DNA of 36,022 nucleotides from a virus (Duplodnaviria > Caudoviricetes): IMG/VR virus record IMGVR_UViG_3300033067_001054, positions 1 to 36,022 of that record. The stretch is one strand, 5' to 3'. Made by a program: the position numbers and the translations under genes. Below the pieces are notes generated by a model. It was not told where the DNA came from and did not search any database. It saw only the letters and a list, made by a program, of their open reading frames with translations. The stretch's first letter is position 1; each line of letters starts with the position of its first letter. Positions 28,107-35,642 of the stretch are shown here, in pieces.

Positions 28107-28511
28107 ATGGAGCACCCCGAATTGCAGAACAGAAAATCCCCTTTGCCCAAGGATCAAAAAGTGTCTGACGCGTCAGCAGTTGTCGATGATGCGGCCCGTT
28201 GGTCGGGCGCGCTGTGGAACAAGGAATACGTCGGGATTGGCGATACTCAGGAAGCGGCCATGTATCGCGCCTCAGCCCGTCATGGGATCGATCCCGGCGT
28301 CTTCTTGTCGCTGCGCTATCGCAGGCCAAAAGACCTGCTCGCGAGCGTCTATTTCAAGCTGAAAGCCGCCTACGAAAACGAATGTGAGCGCCAGGAGGCG
28401 CGCCTGCGGCATGAACTGGAACTGGTTAAGGCGCTTCCCCGGACGGAGGCTCGTCAGCGCTTGGTTGACGAGACGGAAGCTGCGCTCGGAACTCAAGAGG
28501 GCTCGCAATGA
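28107..28511 (+). CDS. Putative CII-like regulator (start uncertain)
   Basis: GDTQEAAMYRASARHGI....LSLRYRRPKD HTH-like segment; position after cro. Confidence 0.65.
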   Translation: MEHPELQNRKSPLPKDQKVSDASAVVDDAARWSGALWNKEYVGIGDTQEAAMYRASARHGIDPGVFLSLRYRRPKDLLASVYFKLKAAYENECERQEARLRHELELVKALPRTEARQRLVDETEAALGTQEGSQ

Positions 28512-28636
28512 ACCTCGCGATCGTCATCATCGGTAGCCTGCTCGCAGTGCTTGCCATCGCCGCGATCTTCAAGCGCGCCCGTCGGATCGAGACCTCCACC
28601 GAGCCTGATCTTGAGGACGGGGAGGACTATTCGTGA
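28508..28636 (+). CDS. 42-aa membrane peptide
   Basis: MNLAIVIIGSLLAVLAIAAIFKR; coupled at both ends. Confidence 0.6.
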   Translation: MNLAIVIIGSLLAVLAIAAIFKRARRIETSTEPDLEDGEDYS

Positions 28637-29274
28637 TTGCCGCGCTCTACGTCAAAACTGGCGGGTCGTATTTTGGCCTCGGCGGCGTTGATCCGTGGGA
28701 CGAGGCGAGGGACGCACGCGCCTATGCCGGGCCTCATCCGGTTGTCGCGCACCCGCCATGCCAGCGCTGGGGAAAGCTCTGGGCCGGCCAGCCGCTCTGG
28801 ATCAAGCGCACCGGCCAACGGAAGGTCAAGGGCGACGACGGCGGGTGCTTTGCCGCTGCTCTCGATGCTGTGCGTACTTTTGGCGGCGTGCTGGAACATC
28901 CGGAGGGCAGCCATGCCTGGGCGCATTTTGGCCTCAACAAGCCGCCGCGGACAGGTGGGTGGGTGCCTGCTGACTTTTTCGGCGGCTGGACGTGCTGCGT
29001 TGAACAGGGGCGCTACGGACACTACGCCCGCAAGCCGACATGGCTTCTCGCCTATCGCGTCGATTTGCGCGAACTGCGCTGGGGTAAATCTGAAGCGCGC
29101 CTGGACCCGGCTGTTGTCGCTCGCATGGGGCTTAAGCGCGCCAAGCGCCTCGGTGAGCTTGGTGCTCGCGGTGGCGGCAAGGACAGTGCCCCGCGTATTG
29201 GAACGCCGACCGAGTTCCGCGACCTGCTGATCTCGATAGCGTCAACTGCAAACCCGATGAGGGCCGCAGCATGA
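28633..29274 (+). CDS. Cytosine-C5 methyltransferase-like protein (degenerate motif I)
   Basis: VVAHPPC (motif IV), VLEHP (motif VI-like) and QGRYGHYARKPTWL (motif VIII-like). Confidence 0.65.
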   Translation: MIAALYVKTGGSYFGLGGVDPWDEARDARAYAGPHPVVAHPPCQRWGKLWAGQPLWIKRTGQRKVKGDDGGCFAAALDAVRTFGGVLEHPEGSHAWAHFGLNKPPRTGGWVPADFFGGWTCCVEQGRYGHYARKPTWLLAYRVDLRELRWGKSEARLDPAVVARMGLKRAKRLGELGARGGGKDSAPRIGTPTEFRDLLISIASTANPMRAAA

Positions 29275-29435
29275 GCGCACAAACCCGCGACCGCGAGATC
29301 GTCGACCTCGAGCACAAGCGCCAGGCCACCACGGCCCAGCTTCTGCGCGAGCTGCGCAACCGCGGCAAGCGGCTGCCCCGCTCAACGGAGCGCGTCCTTA
29401 GCGCGATGGTCAGGCCGGGGAGGGCGGGGGCGTGA
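29271..29435 (+). CDS. Hypothetical protein
   Basis: 54 aa, coupled at both ends. Confidence 0.6.
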   Translation: MSAQTRDREIVDLEHKRQATTAQLLRELRNRGKRLPRSTERVLSAMVRPGRAGA

Positions 29436-30304
29436 CTGTCGATCGTCCAGTTCTTCGCTGGCATGGTGGGAAATGGATGCTTGGGCCCTGGATCATCGAA
29501 CATTTCCCGTCGCATCGCGTCTACGTGGAGCCATTCGGAGGCGCCGCCAGCGTGCTGATGCGCAAAGAGCGCTGCTACGCGGAAGTCTACAACGACCTGG
29601 ACGACGACGTCGTGAACCTCTTCCGGGTGTTGCGCGACGACGTGTTGCGCGACCGCCTAGTGATTGCACTTCGCCTCACGCCGTTCGCAAGGACCGAGTT
29701 CAATGACGCGTACGAAGCGGCAGGCGAACCGGTTGAGCGCGCCAGGCGGCTTGTCGTGCGTTCGTTTATGGGCTTCGGTTCGAATGGGCACAACATCAAG
29801 GCCAAGACCGGCTTCCGCAGCAACTGCAAGCGCACCGGCACCTCGCCGGCACGCGACTGGACCAACTACGCTGACGGGATAGCGCCCGTCGGGCAGCGTC
29901 TCGCCGGGGTCGTCATCGAAAACAAAGACGCTGTTGATCTGATGGCGCAGCACGACGGCGTCGACACGCTGTTCTATGTCGACCCGCCTTACATGGTCGA
30001 CACTCGCTCGCTCAAGAATCCGTACGATATCAAATATCGCGGAGGCATGTACGCCCACGAAATGGACGACGCCGATCACGACCGACTTCTGTCTGCCTTG
30101 GTCGGGCTGAGAGGCATGGTTGTGCTCTCGGGCTACCCTCATTCGCTTTACGATGAGCGGCTCGCTGACTGGCGACGGGTAGAGAAGGAAGCTTTGGCCG
30201 ACGGAGCGCGTCCTCGCATCGAGGTGCTTTGGATCAATCCTGCCTGCGCTGCTCGGCTGGATGCTGAGCAGGCACAATTGTCACTGCTGGATGGTGTCGC
30301 ATGA
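29432..30304 (+). CDS. DNA adenine methyltransferase (Dam/D12 class)
   Basis: LRWHGGKW, YVEPFGGAASV, EVYNDL, FYVDPPY and EVLWIN. Confidence 0.93.
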   Translation: MTVDRPVLRWHGGKWMLGPWIIEHFPSHRVYVEPFGGAASVLMRKERCYAEVYNDLDDDVVNLFRVLRDDVLRDRLVIALRLTPFARTEFNDAYEAAGEPVERARRLVVRSFMGFGSNGHNIKAKTGFRSNCKRTGTSPARDWTNYADGIAPVGQRLAGVVIENKDAVDLMAQHDGVDTLFYVDPPYMVDTRSLKNPYDIKYRGGMYAHEMDDADHDRLLSALVGLRGMVVLSGYPHSLYDERLADWRRVEKEALADGARPRIEVLWINPACAARLDAEQAQLSLLDGVA

Positions 30305-30888
30305 CGGTTGTTGCATCGAACTACGCCCGCAAGGAAAACGATCTCTACCAGACGGAGCCTTGGGCGACGGAGGCGCTGTTGCGTCATTTCCCCGTCGGCA
30401 TGTCCTCGCTCGTCTGGGAACCTGCGGCGGGAAATCACCTCATCGTCGACGTGCTTCGCGAGCACGGCGCGGTCGTCCGCGCCACCGACATTGCGACCTA
30501 CGATCGGCCGCACGATTGCCTGTTCAACTTCCTTGTCGAGGAGCCGCATTTCGGCGGCTGGGACGACCCAACCCATCTTATCACCAACCCGCCATATGGG
30601 AAGGGAAACAGAGACGCGGTCAGGTTCGCGGAGAACGCGCTGAAAGCTTGTTCTGGCGTCGTTGCGCTGCTCCTCACGGCCAAGTTCGACTTCGGAAAGA
30701 CTCGCCGGCACCTGTTCCGCGACAACCCACGCTTCTGCGCCAAGATCGCGCTCGTTGATCGTATCCAGTGGTTTCCCGGCGACACGTCAGGGACCGAAGA
30801 TCACGCTTGGTACGTCTGGGACACCGCCGAGCGTGTCGAAAGCCAGTACGGCAAGCCGATCATGTTGTGGGAGGGCAAGGTCGCATGA
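30301..30888 (+). CDS. Small N6-adenine DNA methyltransferase
   Basis: DLYQTEPW, VWEPAAG, ATDI, ITNPPY and AWYVWD. Confidence 0.85.
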   Translation: MTVVASNYARKENDLYQTEPWATEALLRHFPVGMSSLVWEPAAGNHLIVDVLREHGAVVRATDIATYDRPHDCLFNFLVEEPHFGGWDDPTHLITNPPYGKGNRDAVRFAENALKACSGVVALLLTAKFDFGKTRRHLFRDNPRFCAKIALVDRIQWFPGDTSGTEDHAWYVWDTAERVESQYGKPIMLWEGKVA

Positions 30889-31070
30889 CGCTCTCCTGGG
30901 GCACGCCAACCGACGGCATCGGCACGCGCACCACGGCGCATTTGAACTTCACGCGGACGATGGCAGAGGATCGCTACTTCCTCAGCGCTCAGGCGCTCGC
31001 TGGCCTCCGGCGCCGCGCAGATCGCCCCGAGCATCATTTCCCGGCATTCGCGACCAAGGCGACCCGATGA
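30885..31070 (+). CDS. Hypothetical protein
   Basis: 61 aa, ATGA-coupled at both ends. Confidence 0.55.
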   Translation: MTLSWGTPTDGIGTRTTAHLNFTRTMAEDRYFLSAQALAGLRRRADRPEHHFPAFATKATR

Positions 31071-31219
31071 AAGACACGACCTTCACCCTCTCCGAAATCA
31101 CCGATGCGATGGGCAAGGCATGGGCCAAGCTTTCGCTCAAAGACCGCGCAACTGCCGATCGTGAGTTGCGGATCTACACCGATCACGTCGTCGACATCCT
31201 CAAGAGTAAGGGCAAATGA
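31067..31219 (+). CDS. Hypothetical protein
   Basis: 50 aa MKDTTFTLSE..., ATGA-coupled. Confidence 0.55.
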   Translation: MKDTTFTLSEITDAMGKAWAKLSLKDRATADRELRIYTDHVVDILKSKGK

Positions 31220-31274
31220 ACCTCGCAACGCTCGCCGGCCAGCCATACCAACTTCCGATGTTTGAGGAAGCCGC

Positions 31275-31646
31275 ATGATCGATCCCAACCACATCGGCGC
31301 ATTCGACGGCATGTCCGATCCCAAGCCAAAGCGCGGGGGTCGTCGCTCAAAGCAGAAAGGCGACCGCATGGAACGCGAGGTCGTCAACCGCTTCCTCGCC
31401 GCTGGCGTGAGCTCTGAGAGGGTGCCCTTGTCGGGCGCTGCCGGTGGTTCCTACACAGGCGACCTTACCGTCGTCGTCAACAACCAGGATTGGCTTGGCG
31501 AGTGCAAGGCGAGGGCTGACGGCTTTCGCCAGCAATACGACTGGCTAGAAGGCAACCGGCTCCTGTTCCTCAAGGCAGATCGCAGGGCAACGCTTGTCTG
31601 CATGACGCTTGAGGACTTCATCACCATCATACGAGGTCGCAAATGA
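31275..31646 (+). CDS. Holliday junction resolvase-like PD-(D/E)xK nuclease
   Basis: SKQKGDRMERE, RVPLSGA, GDL, ECK and ADR. Confidence 0.85.
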   Translation: MIDPNHIGAFDGMSDPKPKRGGRRSKQKGDRMEREVVNRFLAAGVSSERVPLSGAAGGSYTGDLTVVVNNQDWLGECKARADGFRQQYDWLEGNRLLFLKADRRATLVCMTLEDFITIIRGRK

Positions 31647-32434
31647 CCTTCCGCAAAGAGGTTCTGGCCGAGGGGGTGGAAGTCTATTGCGGGGACTGTT
31701 TGGAGGTGCTCGCGCACTTGGCAGATGAGTCCGTGGACATGGTATGGACCGATCCCCCCTACGGCCATTCAAACCACGACGGGGACTGGAATGCCCGACT
31801 GAATGCCCACCGGGGCATTGAAGGTCAGCCGATTGCCAATGACGACGGCGACGGCATGCGGCGTGTTGTGGACGGGATGTTGACACAAGCGTCCCGGCTT
31901 TTGAAGGCTGACTGCTGCTGCTGCTGCTGCTGCTGCGGCGGCGGCGGCGGCCCCCGACCTACGTTTGCGTGGGTCGCTGAGCGCATGGATCGCGGTGGGC
32001 TGACCTTCTTCCATAGCGTGATTTGGGACAAGGCAAACCCTGGCCTCGGCTGGCGATACCGGCGACAGCACGAGATGGTAATGATTGCGCACCGTCAAGG
32101 CGGGAAACTTCTTTGGGCGGACCAGAAGCGTGCAGTTCCAAACATATTTACGCTGATGCCACCACGCGAGAGACAGCATCCGAACGAGAAGCCTCTTGGC
32201 CTGATGCGCCACTTTATCGAACTCCATTCGATGGAAGGGCAGGTTGTTCTTGACCCCTTTATGGGGAGCGGCAGCACAGGTGTTGCGGCAATTGAGTTGG
32301 GCCGAAAGTTCATCGGTATTGAGTTGGACGAGAAGCACTTTGCGACAGCTTGCGCGAGACTTGAAGGAGCCCTGTCGCGCCCCTCCATGTTCATCGATCC
32401 CCCCAAGCCCATAAAGCAGGAAGCGTTTCTATGA
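31643..32434 (+). CDS. Beta-class N4C/N6A DNA methyltransferase, array member 1
   Basis: GDCLEVL, WTDPPY, HPNEKP, VLDPFMGSGSTG and FIGIE. Confidence 0.93.
   Translation: MTFRKEVLAEGVEVYCGDCLEVLAHLADESVDMVWTDPPYGHSNHDGDWNARLNAHRGIEGQPIANDDGDGMRRVVDGMLTQASRLLKADCCCCCCCCGGGGGPRPTFAWVAERMDRGGLTFFHSVIWDKANPGLGWRYRRQHEMVMIAHRQGGKLLWADQKRAVPNIFTLMPPRERQHPNEKPLGLMRHFIELHSMEGQVVLDPFMGSGSTGVAAIELGRKFIGIELDEKHFATACARLEGALSRPSMFIDPPKPIKQEAFL
31913..31951 (+). repeat. (TGC)8(GGC)5 microsatellite encoding Cys8-Gly5
   Basis: Read directly from the sequence. Confidence 0.95.
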
Positions 32435-32438
32435 CCTC

Positions 32439-32456
32439 AATCACCATCATCGGAGG
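32439..32456 (+). repeat. 18-bp junction core AATCACCATCATCGGAGG
   Basis: Exact copies at 34256-34273 and 34983-35000; variant atcaccatcatacgagg at 31620-31636. Confidence 0.95.
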
Positions 32457-32462
32457 CAAGCG

Positions 32463-33143
32463 TTGACCTTCCGCAAAGAGGTTCTAGCCGAGGGGGTGGA
32501 GTGTATCCTTGGTGATTGCCTTGAGGTTCTGCCGACGCTTGGCCGGTTTGATGCGGTGGTGACTGATCCGCCTTATGGGATTGGGTTCAAGTATGCCACG
32601 CATGACGATGACCCAACAGCATGGTTTGCTTTGATGGACCGCGTTGTGCCGTTGTGCAAGGCCGCTGCGCCATTTGTTATCATGCCGAGCTGCGCCGTTA
32701 AACGGCTGCCGTGGTGGTATCAGAACCACGGACCCGAATGGATCGTTGCGTGGCACAAGGGTTCGCCCGGCCATATGTCAACGATCGGCTTCAACGACTG
32801 GGAACCGCATGTCGTGTGGGGTCGCCCGACAGTTCCGATGCATGATTACTTTTCGACGCAATGCGGGTTTGACGATAACGGGCACCCGTGCCCAAAGCCC
32901 ATCGAATATTCGATGTGGCTGGTATCTCGAGCCGCCAAACGCGCGCAGTCCATCCTCGATCCTTTCTGCGGAAGCGGCACCACTGGCGTTGCTGCTGTAA
33001 AGCTAGGACGGCGCTTCACGGGCATCGAGATTGATCCCGGCTATTTCGACATTGCCTGCCGTCGCATCGAAGCCGCGCTCAAGCAGCCAGACATGTTCAT
33101 CGACCCTCCCAAGCCCGCAAAGCAGGAGGCGCTGTCGCTATGA
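32463..33143 (+). CDS. Beta-class DNA methyltransferase, array member 2
   Basis: TTG start; VTDPPY, HPCPKP and ILDPFCGSGTTG. Confidence 0.93.
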   Translation: MTFRKEVLAEGVECILGDCLEVLPTLGRFDAVVTDPPYGIGFKYATHDDDPTAWFALMDRVVPLCKAAAPFVIMPSCAVKRLPWWYQNHGPEWIVAWHKGSPGHMSTIGFNDWEPHVVWGRPTVPMHDYFSTQCGFDDNGHPCPKPIEYSMWLVSRAAKRAQSILDPFCGSGTTGVAAVKLGRRFTGIEIDPGYFDIACRRIEAALKQPDMFIDPPKPAKQEALSL

Positions 33144-33177
33144 CCTACGCAACACCAGAGATGAAGGCGAGGGGACA

Positions 33178-33861
33178 GTGACCTACGTTCGCAAAGAGGA
33201 ACTGGCCGAGGGCGTGGTGCTGTACCAGGGCGACTGCCTTGAGGTGCTGCCGACGCTGGGGCGGTTCGATGCTGTGGTGACCGACCCGCCTTATGGGATC
33301 AAGGCGTCTTCCAAGAAGTTCATCAATGGAACCAGCAAGACGAAGAAGGACTATTACGCTGACGTCGAGTGGGACACTGCGCCGCCCCCAAAGGCAACGC
33401 TTGACCTTATCAGGGCGCAGAGCGAGGCGCAAATTCTGTGGGGGGGGAACTACTTTGATCTCCCCCCGGCGCGGTGTTTTTTGGTGTGGGACAAAACCAT
33501 CCACGGCAACAGCTACGCGGATTGCGAGATGGCGTGGACGTCGCTGGACAAGGTGGCTCGCATAAAGCCGCTTAACATGGTCGCGGCCAATATGGACGGG
33601 CGCGTGCATCCCACGCAAAAACCCTTGAAGCTCATGGAATGGTGCCTTGATCAGATACCGAATGCGCGCACTATCCTTGACCCTTTTATGGGCAGCGGCA
33701 CCACTGGCGTTGCCGCCGTCAAGCTAGGACGCCGCTTCACTGGGATTGAAATAGACGAGGGTTATTTCGACATTGCCTGCCGCCGCATCGAAGCCGCGCT
33801 CAAGCAACCGGACATGTTCATCGATCCTCCCAAGCCCATGAAGCAGGAGGCGCTGCTGTGA
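33178..33861 (+). CDS. Beta-class DNA methyltransferase, array member 3
   Basis: GTG start at 33178 aligns with the paralog N-termini; VTDPPY, WGGNYF, HPTQKP and ILDPFMGSGTTG. Confidence 0.93.
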   Translation: MTYVRKEELAEGVVLYQGDCLEVLPTLGRFDAVVTDPPYGIKASSKKFINGTSKTKKDYYADVEWDTAPPPKATLDLIRAQSEAQILWGGNYFDLPPARCFLVWDKTIHGNSYADCEMAWTSLDKVARIKPLNMVAANMDGRVHPTQKPLKLMEWCLDQIPNARTILDPFMGSGTTGVAAVKLGRRFTGIEIDEGYFDIACRRIEAALKQPDMFIDPPKPMKQEALL

Positions 33862-34283
33862 CCCGTGAGCGCATGTCAGCCGCAGAATACGTCAACGCTG
33901 CTGGCGGCTTTGCTGGGCTGGAGAAGCCCAAGAGCAAGTACCGCAATGTTCCAACGGTTGTGGACGGTGTGAGATTTTCAAGCCGCGCGGAAGCCAAGCG
34001 CTGGGACGAGCTTCGCATGCTGGAGAAGGCAGGGGAGATTTTTGACCTCAAGCGGCAGGTGTCATTCCCGCTCTACGCGTTCCCCGGCAAGCTGGTTGGT
34101 CGATACGTTGCGGACTTCACTTATCTCGCTGAGGAAATGAACTCGGACAAATATGCGGGCATCCACCGCATTCTGCACGTTGAAGATGTCAAAGGCGTGC
34201 GCACTGACTTGTTCAAGTGGAAGGCCAAGCACTTCGCTGCACAGTACGGGTACGAAATCACCATCATCGGAGGTCGCAAATGA
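33858..34283 (+). CDS. DUF1064-family putative nuclease
   Basis: SKYRN..T.VDG.RF.S..EA.R, RQV.F, YVADFTY and VEDVKG. Confidence 0.9.
   Translation: MTRERMSAAEYVNAAGGFAGLEKPKSKYRNVPTVVDGVRFSSRAEAKRWDELRMLEKAGEIFDLKRQVSFPLYAFPGKLVGRYVADFTYLAEEMNSDKYAGIHRILHVEDVKGVRTDLFKWKAKHFAAQYGYEITIIGGRK
34256..34273 (+). repeat. 18-bp junction core (left of member 4)
   Basis: aatcaccatcatcggagg inside the 3' end of the DUF1064 gene. Confidence 0.95.
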
Positions 34284-34978
34284 CCTTCCGCAAAGAGGTT
34301 CTAGCCGAGGGGGTGGAGTGTATCCTTGGTGATTGCATTGAAGTTTTGCCCGCGCTTGGCCGGTTTGATGCGTGCGTTACCGATCCGCCTTATGGGATTT
34401 TCAAGAACACTGGCGGGGATGGTAAGATGTTCGGCAAAGAAACGATATATTCCATTGATGATAAAGCGGCACAATGGGATTTTAGGCCAGATGATGACCT
34501 GTTGCATTCTCTAGTTCAATTTAAAGAGTATGTCGTTTGGGGAGGGAACTACTTTGCGGATATTCTCGGAGCATCGAAGGGGGTTCTGGTTTGGGATAAA
34601 AAGACCGGAAACAATAGCTATGCTGATTGCGAGCTTGCTTGGACTAATGCCACAGGCACCACTAGAATCATACATCATCAATGGTGCGGAGCCTTCAAGG
34701 ACAGCGAGCGCGGATTGAGGGCAGAACACCCAACTCAAAAGCCCATAGAAATAATGAAATGGAGCATTGGATTCTGCAAAGCTCAAACAATCCTCGACCC
34801 CTTCATGGGTTCCGGCACCACTGGCGTTGCAGCCGTCAAGCTAGGCCGCAAGTTCACCGGCATTGAGATAGACCCCGGCTACTTCGACATTGCCTGCCGC
34901 CGCATCGAAGCCGCTCTCAAGCAGCCAGACATGTTCATCGACCCTCCCAAGCCCATGAAGCAGGAGGCGTTTCTATGA
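34280..34978 (+). CDS. Beta-class DNA methyltransferase, array member 4
   Basis: ATG 34280; VTDPPY, WGGNYF, HPTQKP and ILDPFMGSGTTG; AT-rich centre. Confidence 0.93.
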   Translation: MTFRKEVLAEGVECILGDCIEVLPALGRFDACVTDPPYGIFKNTGGDGKMFGKETIYSIDDKAAQWDFRPDDDLLHSLVQFKEYVVWGGNYFADILGASKGVLVWDKKTGNNSYADCELAWTNATGTTRIIHHQWCGAFKDSERGLRAEHPTQKPIEIMKWSIGFCKAQTILDPFMGSGTTGVAAVKLGRKFTGIEIDPGYFDIACRRIEAALKQPDMFIDPPKPMKQEAFL

Positions 34979-34982
34979 CCTC

Positions 34983-35000
34983 AATCACCATCATCGGAGG
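34983..35000 (+). repeat. 18-bp junction core (right of member 4)
   Basis: aatcaccatcatcggagg. Confidence 0.95.
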
Positions 35001-35010
35001 CAAGCGCTAG

Positions 35011-35577
35011 ATGGAACTCGCGACATATGCCGAACAGGCCAGCCATTACGCTGCGGTACGTGCGCGTCTCATGGGCATAGTGGCGCCCACACAGGTACGC
35101 CACATGATCCCGGCGCCGGAGCCGCTAGAGCCGCCCAAGAAGCGCACGAAAGAGGAAATTCGCCGGGACCGATTGGCTCGTCGCCGCGCTCGCGCTGCTC
35201 AACTCGCAATGTCCAAGTTCAAGCCTGTGTCTGTCTTTCAGGCCAAAGACCTGCCTAAGGTCACGGTCGAGGCTCATTACGCTTGGGAAGGTGGCCCGGA
35301 AGTGCTGCCGATCCCGGTCCCGCGTTGGAAGCAGATCGTCATTGAAGTAGCGGAACGAGAGAAAATCCTCATCGGGGATTTGATGGTCGACAACCGCGAA
35401 AAGCACGTCGTCGCCGCTCGTGGAGAGATTTTCTACAGGATGCGCCACGAGTGCGGGTTGTCCTATCCCGAGATCGGCAAGCGCATGGGCAACCGGGATC
35501 ACTCAACGGTGATTTGGGGCGTCAAGCGGCACGCGCAGACAATTGGGGGAAAGTCACCCCAAGCACAAACTGGTTAA
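35011..35577 (+). CDS. Protein with DnaA C-terminal (domain IV-like) HTH
   Basis: VVAARGEIFY.MR...GLSYPEIGKRMGNRDHSTVIWG. Confidence 0.85.
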   Translation: MELATYAEQASHYAAVRARLMGIVAPTQVRHMIPAPEPLEPPKKRTKEEIRRDRLARRRARAAQLAMSKFKPVSVFQAKDLPKVTVEAHYAWEGGPEVLPIPVPRWKQIVIEVAEREKILIGDLMVDNREKHVVAARGEIFYRMRHECGLSYPEIGKRMGNRDHSTVIWGVKRHAQTIGGKSPQAQTG

Positions 35578-35589
35578 TTATCCATTAAC
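35574..35589. promoter_or_regulatory. CtrA-type binding site
   Basis: TTAA-TTATCCA-TTAAC, an exact TTAA-N7-TTAAC match. Confidence 0.65.
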
Positions 35590-35642
35590 GCCGACCGTTA
35601 CAGTGTGGCTGTAGCGAAGTTCTGACTAGGGGTGATTTGCAC

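Noticed and set aside
31643-34978. Diversity-generating retroelement (TR/VR) as the explanation for the MTase repeats
   Set aside because: No reverse transcriptase in the window; differences between copies are mostly synonymous and not adenine-specific
31275-34978. Type II restriction-modification pairs (nuclease plus MTase)
   Set aside because: Both nucleases resemble common phage resolvase-like and DUF1064 proteins, not recognisable restriction enzymes; cannot be fully excluded
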